From an uncultured Methanotrichaceae archaeon (GTDB lineage Archaea > Halobacteriota > Methanosarcinia > Methanotrichales > Methanotrichaceae): 64,000 nucleotides of DNA. Each line of letters opens with the position of its first letter. The first letter of the stretch is position 1. Shown here in pieces: positions 29,692-39,542 of the stretch. The notes under the pieces were generated by a model. It saw nothing but the letters and a program-made list of their open reading frames with translations, was not told the origin of the DNA and did no database searches. The stretch is taken from positions 29,234 to 93,233 of the forward strand of contig CAZHNU010000005.1 of assembly GCA_964534145.1 (NCBI GenBank). Reading direction: 5' to 3'. Both the position numbers and the translations under genes were made by a program.

Positions 29692-30483
29692 TTATGATAG
29701 CGACAACTGCATAACAAAATCGTTGAAGTCGTTATCGGTGCCGTCCTCCCAATTAAGCACCCATTTATTATTGCCGGAATGGGTAATCCTGCAGTGATTT
29801 GGATCTGTTGACAGATACTCCTTCCCGCCCGGCGCGCCAGGTGCATTGCCAATTGTTGCCAGGGTAAATACCAGCTCTGAGCATTTATTGAAGGATCCAA
29901 GGCTATCAGTTCCGCCGACAGCGTGCTGTGCGCTCGCCCAAATCAGTGCATGTGTCGGTTTTTTGATGGATATCGTGGCGTCGTTATCTGCGTCTATGCT
30001 TACAAGCTCGGCTAATACAGACCCGTCAAAAGGCATAATTATGCGATTCGGAGGATTCAAAGCGCATGTTGGCGGTTTCTTAAAGGTGATATCTATAACA
30101 AAGTCGTTAAAATCTCCATCATCTCCATCCTCGAAGCCTAAAGTCCATTTATTTCTTGAAGGATGAGTCACTCTGCATCGGTTTGTGTCTGTAGATTTTA
30201 CCGTTATGCCGCTATAGGAAGTAAGTGCCGAAAATATTAGATTTGTATTGGCAACGAAGTTTGGCTGGATACCGCTGGTTCTGCCAGCTGCATTCTTGCA
30301 GCTGTCAAAAAGGACTCGCGAGATTGGAGAATCCAGAGATAGCTTGGCATCCCCGTCAGCATCAACGCTGGCAACCTTGACCTGTATATAACCATCCTCA
30401 GGAAGTGTTATCGCGCATTGCATGGGAATTATCGACAAACTGAGGATGGCAAAGAGCAAAAGCAATCTTTTTTCTGTACTCAT
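29692..30483 (-). CDS. Secreted protein with two tandem DUF4114-like domains
   Basis: Signal-like N-terminus. Two ~120-aa repeats each end in ...CRVTHPSRNKWTLGFEDGDDGDFNDFVIDITF or ...CRITHSGNNKWVLNWEDGTDNDFNDFVMQLSL. Confidence 0.6.
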   Translation of the reverse strand: MSTEKRLLLLFAILSLSIIPMQCAITLPEDGYIQVKVASVDADGDAKLSLDSPISRVLFDSCKNAAGRTSGIQPNFVANTNLIFSALTSYSGITVKSTDTNRCRVTHPSRNKWTLGFEDGDDGDFNDFVIDITFKKPPTCALNPPNRIIMPFDGSVLAELVSIDADNDATISIKKPTHALIWASAQHAVGGTDSLGSFNKCSELVFTLATIGNAPGAPGGKEYLSTDPNHCRITHSGNNKWVLNWEDGTDNDFNDFVMQLSLS

Positions 30484-30624
30484 TAATAACCCTCCTTTCC
30501 ATAATCAATGACATTCTCATCTGTCACGTATATTAGTTAACGCTTAAATAACTATCGATTTATAAGCGTTGACTAGGAAATAGATGCACATCGAACACAG
30601 TTTTAAAAATAGTGGGTATTTCAG

Positions 30625-30975
30625 TCACCTGGCCTTTGCGTCCATCTCCCAGATGCCGAATACATTGTTCTCGGTATCCATGCAAATCACAAAATACCCC
30701 ATGCCTGGAACGGCCATCTTAGGGACCAGGATTTTGCCGCCCAGCTTCTCGACCTTTGCTGAGTATTCGTCTACCGATGGAACTCCGATGTAGTCTGTTA
30801 TCTGCTGGTCTTTGTGCATTCGCTTCATCATGCCTCCGCCAAGTCCGAATGTGTCGATCATCATGTAGTCCATGCCCTGCACGCCCTCGATCTTCCATCC
30901 AAAAAGCCTGGAGTAGAACTCCTTTGCCCTCTGGATATCATCGGCCGGTATCTCAAAGTGAACTATGCTTGACAT
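30625..30975 (-). CDS. VOC/glyoxalase-family protein
   Basis: IVHFEIPADDIQRAKEFYSRLFGWKIE...GYFVICMDTENNVFGIWE. Confidence 0.8.
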   Translation of the reverse strand: MSSIVHFEIPADDIQRAKEFYSRLFGWKIEGVQGMDYMMIDTFGLGGGMMKRMHKDQQITDYIGVPSVDEYSAKVEKLGGKILVPKMAVPGMGYFVICMDTENNVFGIWEMDAKAR

Positions 30976-31186
30976 TTTTGCACTCCTTTTTGTCCTCTTG
31001 CCCTTAATTTTGTTACACCGTTAGTGTATTACTTCCATAAATAATCATCCAGATAGCCAAGTCCTTGAGCATTCAGCTGCTTCGCCTCAATTAAGTTAGT
31101 ATGTAAGTTAATAATGGTTATTTATTATATAAAGATATACTTGAAAGAGTATATGATATCATCCCATATTTAGGGAGGGTATAAAG

Positions 31187-32083
31187 GTGAATAGACACCC
31201 GAAATATATCAAAGAGCTTGCCCTATTTTTAATGCTCTTTGTATTGGCAAGCGCACCAGCCGTTTCTGGGAATTTCGATACCGCAGATCGTGAAATGGCT
31301 GAGATATTCTCGCCTGCAGTGGACGACGCTGCTGAAAAGACCGATGCTACGACAGCAGATATGGCCGAGATAAGCTTGGAGGAAAGTGCAGATCTAAGCG
31401 CAGTTCTTTCCGAAAGCGCTGATCGAATAGATCGTGAGGTGAAAGGAGAGTCGAACTCAGGCATCGTACCGCCCCTTTCCGTATACGGAAGGCTGAACGC
31501 CGAATGGTTCAAGTGGGCCTTTTCCATGCCGTGGGACGAAAATCACCCGCTCAATAATCCGGGATATGATACTCCGCCGGAAAGCATGGACAGCAGCAAG
31601 CCGCTGCCGGTAAATGTGGTATTCCTGGGATCGAGCTTCGATCCATCATATGCCGCTGATCTGGAGCGCACTATTACGGTTTCTCCGGGAACTGGGATTT
31701 TCATTCCCATATTCAACGTGGAGGCCTCTGAAATTGAGGGAAACGGCAACACAGAGGAGGAGCTACAGGCATCAGCCGACTCCTGGATGGATGTCGTTGA
31801 TATATTGTGCGTTGAGATCGACGGTAAGCCGGTTAAAAATCCCGAGCAGTATGTGGCTCCATCGGGGGGCTTTACATATGAGTCGCTTCCCGAAGGCAAC
31901 GTGCTTGAGGCGCTGTTCGGCTGCGACACAACGGGACAGGAAGGAACCCTTTCGGCAGCCAATGGATACTATCTGCTGCTGTCTCCTCTAAAACCAGGTG
32001 AGCATACGGTTCACTTTGAAACTGGTGGAGCTTTCCCGCAAGACGTGACCTATACAATCATCGTCGGAGGCAGTGGGCGATAA
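31187..32083 (+). CDS. Secreted hypothetical protein
   Basis: GTG start, hydrophobic signal LALFLMLFVLASAPAVSG and an acidic Ala/Asp/Glu-rich linker. I recognise no family. Confidence 0.5.
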   Translation: MNRHPKYIKELALFLMLFVLASAPAVSGNFDTADREMAEIFSPAVDDAAEKTDATTADMAEISLEESADLSAVLSESADRIDREVKGESNSGIVPPLSVYGRLNAEWFKWAFSMPWDENHPLNNPGYDTPPESMDSSKPLPVNVVFLGSSFDPSYAADLERTITVSPGTGIFIPIFNVEASEIEGNGNTEEELQASADSWMDVVDILCVEIDGKPVKNPEQYVAPSGGFTYESLPEGNVLEALFGCDTTGQEGTLSAANGYYLLLSPLKPGEHTVHFETGGAFPQDVTYTIIVGGSGR

Positions 32084-32761
32084 AGCAGACGCCAAGATGT
32101 GCAGCGTAATGAACGGTGCGCTGTAATGGACCATAGCAGGAGGACGGGAAAAAGAGGCGAATGATACCGGAAGAGACCAAAAAGAGGATATGCAAGGAGA
32201 TGGGGTCCCTGCCCCATATCACGCCACATATTCATCGCGGGCAGTGCCCGAGGAGCGGATAGACGCCTGGAAAATAGCGAAAGCGCTGCAAGGCTCTGAC
32301 CGCTCCAGGCACCGCTTAAGCTGCCCTCTTCATTTCCCAGATCTCTAGTGCCCCCTCAAACTAAGTAGTCCTCATTTTTTGTTGTCAGAATATCATTGAG
32401 CGTAAAACACACTGGTCCAATTTAGCTCTCTGTTAACCATAAAAGCCTTCAAATTACCACATAGCTCAAAAAGACCACAAAGGATGCACAAAGAATTTTT
32501 GCATCCAACTTGGACATCAATAGCGCTAGCTATTGACCCCGTTAGTGGGCGTGCGGCCTCTTGATGACTTTTGTTCCGTCTTTAACACTCGAAAAGGCCT
32601 TTTTTCGAGGAAGCGCCGGAGTTTATCGCAGCGACTCTTTTATCGATAGTCCTTCTGTGTCGCCAAACCACTGCCGAATTTGGGTCATCTTCAGCTTTGC
32701 TCAGAATATTCATATATGCTAGTGAAGCAGATCGCAGGATTGGAAAAGAGCAAGAGTCATT

Positions 32762-34084
32762 ATGAGCGAAGAGAATTTAAAAGAGGATATTTCGGAGACT
32801 GCGCGAAGGATTGTGAAGCTGGGGCCCATCTGCGACAGCTGCCTGGGCCGCCAGTTCGCCATGCTCTCCACTGGTCTTACCAACCTCGAGCGCGGAAGGT
32901 CGATCAAAACCGTCCTGTCCATGCAGGCTTCGGCCTCAGACGATAAGGCGATGCTTGAGGCGCTGTCCCCCTCCTTTAAGCCAGCCAGGCTGAAGCTGGG
33001 CAGTAAAGAGGAGGAGGATGCCGCATGTTCCGTCTGCTTGGGCGAGATGAGGCCGGAGAAGCTGGATTCCTGGGCTGTGAAGGCTGGCGAGGCGCTGAAA
33101 GGCCGGGAGTACTCCACCTTCGTGGTCGGCACTAAGATGAGCGGCCTTTTGGCCGAAAACGAGGAGCTGATGCTCGCAGACGGCGGCTCGAAGCATGCCG
33201 AGCCCTTCAAGTCCGAGCTTAACCGCGAGGTGGGAAAGCGCCTAGCAGCATTAACCCAAAAGGAGGCCCGCCTTAAGAATCCCGATGTGGTCGTCCACTT
33301 AAACCTTGAGAAGGGCGAGGTCGAGCTGCAGGTTGCCTTCGTCTTCATTCGCGGCCGATACAGGAAGCTAGTCCGCGGGATCCCTCAGACCAGATGGCCC
33401 TGCCGCGAATGCCGGGGCCGGGGCTGCCCGCGCTGCGAGGGCACCGGCCGCATGTACCAGGAGTCTGTAGACGAGCTGATCCGGCCCGCCGTAATCGAAG
33501 CTCTGCAGGCGGAGGACACGGTTTTCCACGGCGCCGGCAGGGAGGATATCGACGCCCGGATGCTCGGCACCGGCAGACCGTTTGTGGTAGAGGCAGTGAA
33601 CCCGAAGGTAAGAACGGTCGACCTCGAAGAGCTGCAAAAGGAGATCAACCGCAGAGCTTTAGGGAAGGTGGAGGTGCAGGATCTCGCGCCAACGGATGCC
33701 GCGACCATCGAGTACCTCAAAGAGGCAGCCTTCCGGAAGACATATTCCGCCCTCGTGCGCCTGGGAGCGGAGATACCAGAAGAAAAGCTTAAATCAGTCC
33801 TGAAAGAATTGGTAGGCTCTGTCGATCAGCGAACGCCAACTCGCGTCTCTCACCGAAGGGCAGATAAGCTCAGGATCAGGAAGGTATATAGTGCGGACCT
33901 ACTTGAGGTTGCAGGTCCGACTGCCAGGATCATCATCAGAGGCGATAGCGGCCTCTACATCAAAGAGCTGATTTCAGGCGATGGCGGAAGGACCCGGCCA
34001 AGCCTTGCAGATGCTCTCAGAGTTGACGCGATGGTTATTGAGCTAGATGTAATTGACGTAGGTGGAGAATCAGATGGCACATAG
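32762..34084 (+). CDS. pus10: tRNA pseudouridine(54/55) synthase Pus10
   Basis: N-terminal Zn module CDSCLGRQF...CSVCLG, a second [16 protein letters not shown], and the catalytic block [19 protein letters not shown]. Confidence 0.85.
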   Translation: MSEENLKEDISETARRIVKLGPICDSCLGRQFAMLSTGLTNLERGRSIKTVLSMQASASDDKAMLEALSPSFKPARLKLGSKEEEDAACSVCLGEMRPEKLDSWAVKAGEALKGREYSTFVVGTKMSGLLAENEELMLADGGSKHAEPFKSELNREVGKRLAALTQKEARLKNPDVVVHLNLEKGEVELQVAFVFIRGRYRKLVRGIPQTRWPCRECRGRGCPRCEGTGRMYQESVDELIRPAVIEALQAEDTVFHGAGREDIDARMLGTGRPFVVEAVNPKVRTVDLEELQKEINRRALGKVEVQDLAPTDAATIEYLKEAAFRKTYSALVRLGAEIPEEKLKSVLKELVGSVDQRTPTRVSHRRADKLRIRKVYSADLLEVAGPTARIIIRGDSGLYIKELISGDGGRTRPSLADALRVDAMVIELDVIDVGGESDGT

Positions 34085-34364
34085 TCATGGAATGAAGAAG
34101 AAGACCAGAGACAAGCTGAGCAAAACGGTAAGGGCCAGGGGAATATCTCCTGTGGTCAGGGCAATCCAGGAGTTCGAGCCCGGATCGAAGGTGCACGTGC
34201 TTATAGATCCGAGCATTCATAAGGGCATGCCTCACCCGAGGTTCCACGGCAAGACTGGAGAGGTACTTGGGAAGAGGGGCAGAGCCTTCGTCCTCAAGGT
34301 TACTGATGGAAACGCCACTAAAACTGTAATCACATTGCCCGAACACCTGATGGCCCAGAAATAG
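34074..34364 (+). CDS. rpl21e: 50S ribosomal protein L21e
   Basis: [17 protein letters not shown]...[11 protein letters not shown]. The ATG at 34074 is preceded by GGTGGAG; the ORF-track GTG is at 34062. Confidence 0.9.
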   Translation: MAHSHGMKKKTRDKLSKTVRARGISPVVRAIQEFEPGSKVHVLIDPSIHKGMPHPRFHGKTGEVLGKRGRAFVLKVTDGNATKTVITLPEHLMAQK

Positions 34365-34709
34365 ATGATCGTAAAATCAGTTATCAAGGAGGACCTCATG
34401 ACCTTGGCAGAGGTCAAGGAGGCCCTCGATGGCATTAAGCTTAAAAGAGCCGATGAAGAGGAGCTTGGCTACGAACTGCGGCGCGCGATCAGGCACGCAG
34501 AGATCTTTGCCGTGGGAACCGCTGAGGAAAGCAGGCGCATGGTAGAGGATCTCATGAAGCTGGAGAAGATGACCACTGAGATAGCCGTCAAGATCGCGGA
34601 TATAAGGCCGGTTACCAAAGATGAGCTCCGGGCAATATATGCTAAAGAGAGATTCACTTTAAGCGAAGAAGAGCTGGACGGGATTTTAGAAATAGTGTTC
34701 AGGGGGTAA
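34365..34709 (+). CDS. rpoF: DNA-directed RNA polymerase subunit F (Rpo4)
   Basis: Called from its size (114 aa), the TLAEVKEAL... helical pattern, and the conserved archaeal synteny L21e-RpoF-DUF655-KsgA. Confidence 0.7.
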   Translation: MIVKSVIKEDLMTLAEVKEALDGIKLKRADEEELGYELRRAIRHAEIFAVGTAEESRRMVEDLMKLEKMTTEIAVKIADIRPVTKDELRAIYAKERFTLSEEELDGILEIVFRG

Positions 34710-34715
34710 GGGGCA

Positions 34716-35297
34716 GTGCCTGAGGGGAGACCTCCAAAAAAGGAAGAAGTAGCTAGGATTCTGGATTACCTCCCCTATGGACGTGCTCCTGAGTCAAAGA
34801 GCTTCCAGAAGCAGCCCCTGGTCCAGGGAGTAGGCGAGGCTAACTTTGTTTTGATGGAGATGACTCCCAAGGAGGGAGTTGTTCCTGCGGTTTGCACCCG
34901 TGTTTACATCGGCAGCGGTGAGCGCGATGTAATCGATCATGTCAATCGCAGAATCGAATACGCCGAGCTGTCCAACAACTCCAAGATCGAACTGCCCTTT
35001 GAGATCCAGAGGATCGTTCTCGACAATGACGACAGGTTCATACGTTTCTTCAATAATGCCGGCCCTCTGACGACCAGGATGCATGCGCTTGAGCTTTTGC
35101 CGGGAATCGGCAAGAAGCTCATGTGGGCGGTGCTAAACGAGCGAAAGAAGGGCCCATTCAAGGACTTCAAAGACCTTACAGAACGGGTTAAGGGCCTGCA
35201 TAACCCCGAGAAGCTCATAGCTAAGCGGGTTGAGGACGAATTGATGGACGAGCGGATAAAATACAGGATTTTCACAACTGAGCCGCGCAGGAAATGA
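34716..35297 (+). CDS. DUF655 (HhH-containing, putative RNA-binding) protein
   Basis: ILDYLPYGR..., FIRFFNNAGPLTTRMHALELLPGIGKKLMWAVLNER. GTG start; conserved position before ksgA. Confidence 0.7.
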   Translation: MPEGRPPKKEEVARILDYLPYGRAPESKSFQKQPLVQGVGEANFVLMEMTPKEGVVPAVCTRVYIGSGERDVIDHVNRRIEYAELSNNSKIELPFEIQRIVLDNDDRFIRFFNNAGPLTTRMHALELLPGIGKKLMWAVLNERKKGPFKDFKDLTERVKGLHNPEKLIAKRVEDELMDERIKYRIFTTEPRRK

Positions 35298-35301
35298 GGA
35301 A

Positions 35302-36063
35302 GTGAAGAGGAAGGGACAGCACTTTCTCATAGACCGCGGCGTCATCGACCGCATCATCAGTTATGCAGAGCTTTCGCCCGATGACCGGGTGCTGGAGATA
35401 GGACCGGGGACGGGAAACCTCACCGAGGCGTTGGCTTTGCATGCCGGCAGTGTTTACGCAATTGAGGCTGACCCCGTGCTTGCCGGAAAGCTCCGCGAGC
35501 TTCAGGACAGGCTTCAAAATGTAATTATCAAAAAAGCCGATGCCCTCAAGGTTGACTTTCAGGTTGACTTTCCGGACTGCAACAAAATCGTCTCCAACCT
35601 CCCTTACCAGATATCCTCTAAGATAACATACCGCATCCTCTCCAGTCCCTTTGATATGGCCGTGCTGATGTACCAGAAGGAGTTTGCCGGGCGTTTGACG
35701 GCGGCCCCCGGTTCTGAGGAATATGGGCGCATGGGAATGGTTGCAGGATATCTCTGCGAGGCGGAGATACTGGAGATCGTACCTCGTCATGCCTTTAAAC
35801 CCATGCCGGAGGTTAGGTCTGCGATCGTTCGTTTAAGGCCCAAAGATCATCAGGTGAATGCGGAGCAGTTTATGAAATTCGCCGAAGCGCTATTTAATTT
35901 CAGGCGCAAGAAGGTCAAATGGGCCCTGGCCGCTCTGGGCATCCCTGCTGAGAGGCTGACGACGATGAACTGCGCCCTGCTCGACAGGAGGCCTGAGGAG
36001 TTATCCCCGGAGGAAGCAGCTTTCCTTGCCATGGAAACTGGACAGGAGACGGGACAGAGCTGA
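35302..36063 (+). CDS. rsmA: 16S rRNA (adenine-N6,N6)-dimethyltransferase RsmA/KsgA/Dim1
   Basis: KGQHFLID, VLEIGPGTGNLT, SNLPYQISS and FKPMPEVRSAIV. Confidence 0.9.
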   Translation: MKRKGQHFLIDRGVIDRIISYAELSPDDRVLEIGPGTGNLTEALALHAGSVYAIEADPVLAGKLRELQDRLQNVIIKKADALKVDFQVDFPDCNKIVSNLPYQISSKITYRILSSPFDMAVLMYQKEFAGRLTAAPGSEEYGRMGMVAGYLCEAEILEIVPRHAFKPMPEVRSAIVRLRPKDHQVNAEQFMKFAEALFNFRRKKVKWALAALGIPAERLTTMNCALLDRRPEELSPEEAAFLAMETGQETGQS

Positions 36064-36254
36064 TGGGCCGAAAACAAATAAGCCGGAATAAATGAGCCAG
36101 AGCTTATAAACGATCATATGGTATAAAAGCCTTCATGCGCCAACGGCGAAGCACAATATAAAAAATGGCTGCCTGCTTCGAACAAAAGCAGGTGCGCCCG
36201 GAACCGCCATGCACTCGACAGCCCTATGCCTTCTTTGCATTGATTTTTTCGACT

Positions 36255-37502
36255 TTACGCAGGAATCACAACAAGCAGGCCTGTAGAAGAATAGTCGTAA
36301 GCACCGTTATCCATGTACCCGCCTTTCGCGGACTTGTCATCGACTTTAGGCACCTTTGCAGAATCGTAGCTGTCCATCTCCTTCACCGGTGCGGGTGCAG
36401 ACTTTTGCTTTTCTTTGCAGAACATGTCGCAGTAATCGCCGTAGCCTGTTTCATAGGTGGCCTTCATGCCGCAGCGGTCGCAGTAACCATCATAGTAATG
36501 ATCGTATTCGCATGCATCACAGCGCTCGTAGCAATAGCACTTTTTGCCGCAGTTGTCGCAAATGCCGTCCATTGATTCTTCATTGTCGGATTTTGTGCCG
36601 CATATCGGGCAGTATTCCGAACGATAGGCTTTTTGGCCGCACTTATCGCAGAGACCGTCCCAATAGTTCTCTTCGCCACATCCGTCGCAGCGCTCGAATA
36701 TATAGGAATTTTCGGTCGTCTGCTTTCGATCGGATTTGTCAGCGTCCTCTTTATCTGAGCCTGTCATGCCTGACTTGTCGCCATCGAGGCTCTTGTAAGC
36801 CGGTTTCTCCTGATCGGATTTGGGAGTATACTTTTCTAGATGGCATTCCTCATTGCACCTGTTGCAGTAGCCGTCGAATGCAGAAGTGTAGTGGCAGTTA
36901 TCGCAGTCCTCATAGAGGATGGTTTTCGCGCCGCATTTATCGCAGATGCCGTCATAGGACGACTCGTCAAACTCGTATTTATCTCCGCAAACGGGGCATT
37001 TCTCGTAATATCCGCATCTTTCGTTGCAGTTATCGCAAACCCCGTCGAAGTAGCTTTCCTCGGTGCAGTGGTCGCAATATTCATAGTAATAGCATTTCTC
37101 CAGCTGATTTCCCCTTGTGTAACTGTCTTGATCCTTTTGATCCTTTTCGTCCTTACCTTGTTTGCTTTGATAGCTTTCAGCCGTTTCCGCTTTATCCTTG
37201 GGCTTCTTCTCCTGATACTGCTCATCGCCGCACACTTCGTCCAGGTATTTCTTATCTGCATACTGGTTATCCGCGAATGTATTATCCCTGCACTGCGCGT
37301 TCTGATAATAGCCGGAATATTCATTGCAGTACTCGTCTGCATTCCATTTGTCCTCAAAGGCCTTCATCTTCGAAAAGCCGTATCCAAAGTTCACATTTGC
37401 CAGGGCCATTCCTATAAGAACCATCGCAGTTAATAGCAAGAATATAAAACTCCTCGTACCATCACCTCCATATTTAATTAAGTTTGTTTGTACATTTATC
37501 AT
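36255..37502 (-). CDS. Membrane-anchored Cys/Asp/Tyr-rich protein with six CxxC...DGxCxxC(G) zinc-ribbon-like repeats
   Basis: N-terminal TM segment SFIFLLLTAMVLIGMALANV. The six repeats are YEYCDHCTEESYFDGVCDNCNERCG, YEKCPVCGDKYEFDESSYDGICDKCGAK, YEDCDNCHYTSAFDGYCNRCNEEC, a spacer, then FERCDGCGEENYWDGLCDKCGQKA, SEYCPICGTKSDNEESMDGICDNCGKKC and YERCDACEYDHYYDGYCDRCGMKA. Confidence 0.65.
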   Translation of the reverse strand: MINVQTNLIKYGGDGTRSFIFLLLTAMVLIGMALANVNFGYGFSKMKAFEDKWNADEYCNEYSGYYQNAQCRDNTFADNQYADKKYLDEVCGDEQYQEKKPKDKAETAESYQSKQGKDEKDQKDQDSYTRGNQLEKCYYYEYCDHCTEESYFDGVCDNCNERCGYYEKCPVCGDKYEFDESSYDGICDKCGAKTILYEDCDNCHYTSAFDGYCNRCNEECHLEKYTPKSDQEKPAYKSLDGDKSGMTGSDKEDADKSDRKQTTENSYIFERCDGCGEENYWDGLCDKCGQKAYRSEYCPICGTKSDNEESMDGICDNCGKKCYCYERCDACEYDHYYDGYCDRCGMKATYETGYGDYCDMFCKEKQKSAPAPVKEMDSYDSAKVPKVDDKSAKGGYMDNGAYDYSSTGLLVVIPA

Positions 37503-37899
37503 ATTTTAATTTATCAGGTTATTTTAATCAGGAATCGTCCTCATTCTCTTGAGTAAGGACGAATAATATTTCTCAATAAGTACTGCAAAATGGATGCCTG
37601 ATAATATCCGGATATCTGCAAGTCAATTGACGAATGGCATTAAAGGCCAATGCTAATATGATATCAAGTTAGTTATATAAACATTCAATGGAATGCAAAC
37701 CCTTATTCAATTATTGTTATTGATCATTGACCTTTTTTACAGATGCGCCCGAAAAACTTATATTCGTTAAGAGAATCACTACGTTGAATGCCGTTATATT
37801 TGCGGCAGAGGGTGCGGGAGCTGGCCGGTCATCGAATATCCTCCAGGTCGGCTATGCCTTCATCCCGCTTCGGCGAGCGACAAGCAGAACGGTGGTTCG

Positions 37900-38856
37900 A
37901 TGGGAAGCAATAAAGGATTAGCGACAACCGGGACCAAAAAACGGTATCCAAAAATGGGTAGGAGAGTGGGGCTCCTGATACTCCTGGCGGCCTCCGCCAT
38001 GCTTTTCGCCGTCGCCTTAGCGCAGGATAATAACCCCGATTACTGGATCAAAGAGGGCTATAAGCTGAAATGGAAGGGCTCCATTGAGGAGTCAAATAAA
38101 AGTTTCGAGAATGCCCTGAAGATCTACGACAATATCACCGATTCAAATCCAGGTGACATCAAAGCATGGGAGAATAAGAGCTCAACCCTTTTGACCATGG
38201 GCAGGATTGAAGAGGCCATTTCTACGATGGATAGAGCTATTGAGGAAAATCCCGACAACCCCGATGCATGGAACAGCAAAGGCTTCACGCTGATAACCAT
38301 TGCAGCGAGCACTTCGGATCCCGGTGCCAGCGATAGCCGTTATAATGAATCCCTTCAGGCGTTCAACAGGGCCCTAGCGATGAATCCAGCCAATGAAAAG
38401 GCCTGGAGGGGGATGGGAGTTGTCTACTCCGACCTAGGAAACTTCAGCGAGGCTTTGAGGTGCTTTGACAGAGCTACAGAACTTGATCCACTGTTTGGAC
38501 AGGCCTGGAGGAGCAAAGGGATTCTTCTTCTGGAGATGGGAAGGCCGTCAGAGGCAATTCTGGCTCTGGATGCCGCTCTCAAGATCGAACCGGATGATAT
38601 CGATGCCATGACCATGAAGGCGCAGGCGCTAACTGCTTTGGGCAGGTATGACGAGGCCGAAGCGATCTTTGAAAGAGCAATGAGAATCGATCCTGCAGAG
38701 CCGCAGCCAAGCCAGGCCGCGGCAGCGCAGCCAGCCATAGCATCGCAGAGCGGGGGCAACAGCAGCGTTCCCTTGGCGCTCGGCGGAAGCTCTGATGCCG
38801 CAAAAGCCATTTTCGAGAATAAAGATATGCCAAGAGACGAAGAGCTCTGGATTTAA
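37900..38856 (+). CDS. TPR-repeat protein with an N-terminal membrane anchor
   Basis: Anchor VGLLILLAASAMLFAVALA and repeated TPR units (...AWENKSSTLLTMGRIEEAISTMDRAIEENPDNPDAWNSKG...). The true start may be ATG 37954. Confidence 0.8.
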   Translation: MGSNKGLATTGTKKRYPKMGRRVGLLILLAASAMLFAVALAQDNNPDYWIKEGYKLKWKGSIEESNKSFENALKIYDNITDSNPGDIKAWENKSSTLLTMGRIEEAISTMDRAIEENPDNPDAWNSKGFTLITIAASTSDPGASDSRYNESLQAFNRALAMNPANEKAWRGMGVVYSDLGNFSEALRCFDRATELDPLFGQAWRSKGILLLEMGRPSEAILALDAALKIEPDDIDAMTMKAQALTALGRYDEAEAIFERAMRIDPAEPQPSQAAAAQPAIASQSGGNSSVPLALGGSSDAAKAIFENKDMPRDEELWI

Positions 38857-39024
38857 TTCACGTTTTATATTTCAAATCTGCTGTTAGCGTTTTTTTAGCT
38901 CTTCCGATATCTTTATGTCAGGTCTATGAGGATTTTCATTTGAATAATTGAATACATGGGGTATTTCATAAATAGGCTTACGGTGGCGATGATGGCCTTT
39001 GGAGAAGTTTATTTGTGGATTAAA

Positions 39025-39032
39025 TTTATATA
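39025..39032 (+). promoter_or_regulatory. Candidate TATA box for the MC1 gene
   Basis: tttatata lies ~48 nt upstream of ATG 39080. The RBS AGGAGG is at 39068-39073. Confidence 0.4.
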
Positions 39033-39079
39033 ATACTAGCTACATAAGGTAGCTCTATATTTTGCTAGGAGGATCCGTC

Positions 39080-39355
39080 ATGACCGAAAAAGAGACAAGG
39101 AATTTTGCCCTGAGAGATAAAGAAGGCAACGAGATCGGCGTCTTCGTCGGAAAATCGCCGCGGCAGGCAGCCTTGAAGGTTGCAAACAGGGGATACACCG
39201 ATATAAGGTTGAGGGAAAAAGGCACCAAGAAGGTGCACATATTTGAAGGTAAGAGAGTCCAGGTGGAAAAGCCGAAAGGAGCACCCGACTGGATGCCGGA
39301 TAAGATCTGGAAGCCGCAGGTAAAGAAGATCGGTACCGAAAGGCTAGAGGCATAG
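39080..39355 (+). CDS. Chromatin protein MC1
   Basis: RNFALRDKEGNEIGVFVGKSPRQAALKVANRGYTDIRLREKGTKKVHIFEG...PDWMPDKIWKPQVKKIG closely parallels the known MC1 sequence pattern (RNFVLRD..G.E.GVF.GK.PRQAALKAANRG...IRLRERGTKKVH.F). Confidence 0.85.
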   Translation: MTEKETRNFALRDKEGNEIGVFVGKSPRQAALKVANRGYTDIRLREKGTKKVHIFEGKRVQVEKPKGAPDWMPDKIWKPQVKKIGTERLEA

Positions 39356-39542
39356 GCCTGTACCCCCTTCTGAAGAGAGCTAAATTTTTTTAAGAATGCT
39401 GATTTTTTTAGTTCATAAACCCCATGTGTCGTCTTAGACGCAGAAGTTGATATGGGACTGTGGAGCTGTCTTTCACCATCGTCTTCACCGGCCCTCGTCA
39501 GAATCGAGATTGAGAGAAATGAAAAAGGTTTCGGAATAGGAG

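Noticed and set aside
28854-29900. 348-aa minus-strand ORF overlapping trmY and the 3' end of the DUF4114 gene
   Set aside because: It is antisense to a well-supported TrmY gene, and I recognise no motifs in it.
36165-37509. Several long ORFs in other frames and on the plus strand (e.g. 36356-37417, 36840-37433, 36836-37357) over the Cys-rich gene. This initially looked like multi-frame or overlapping coding.
   Set aside because: Only the 36255-37502 minus frame gives a TM helix plus a regular Cys repeat. The sense codon usage (TGC/GAC/TAC/GAA/AAG-rich, few Leu codons) rarely creates stop triplets in other frames, so the extra ORFs are compositional artefacts.
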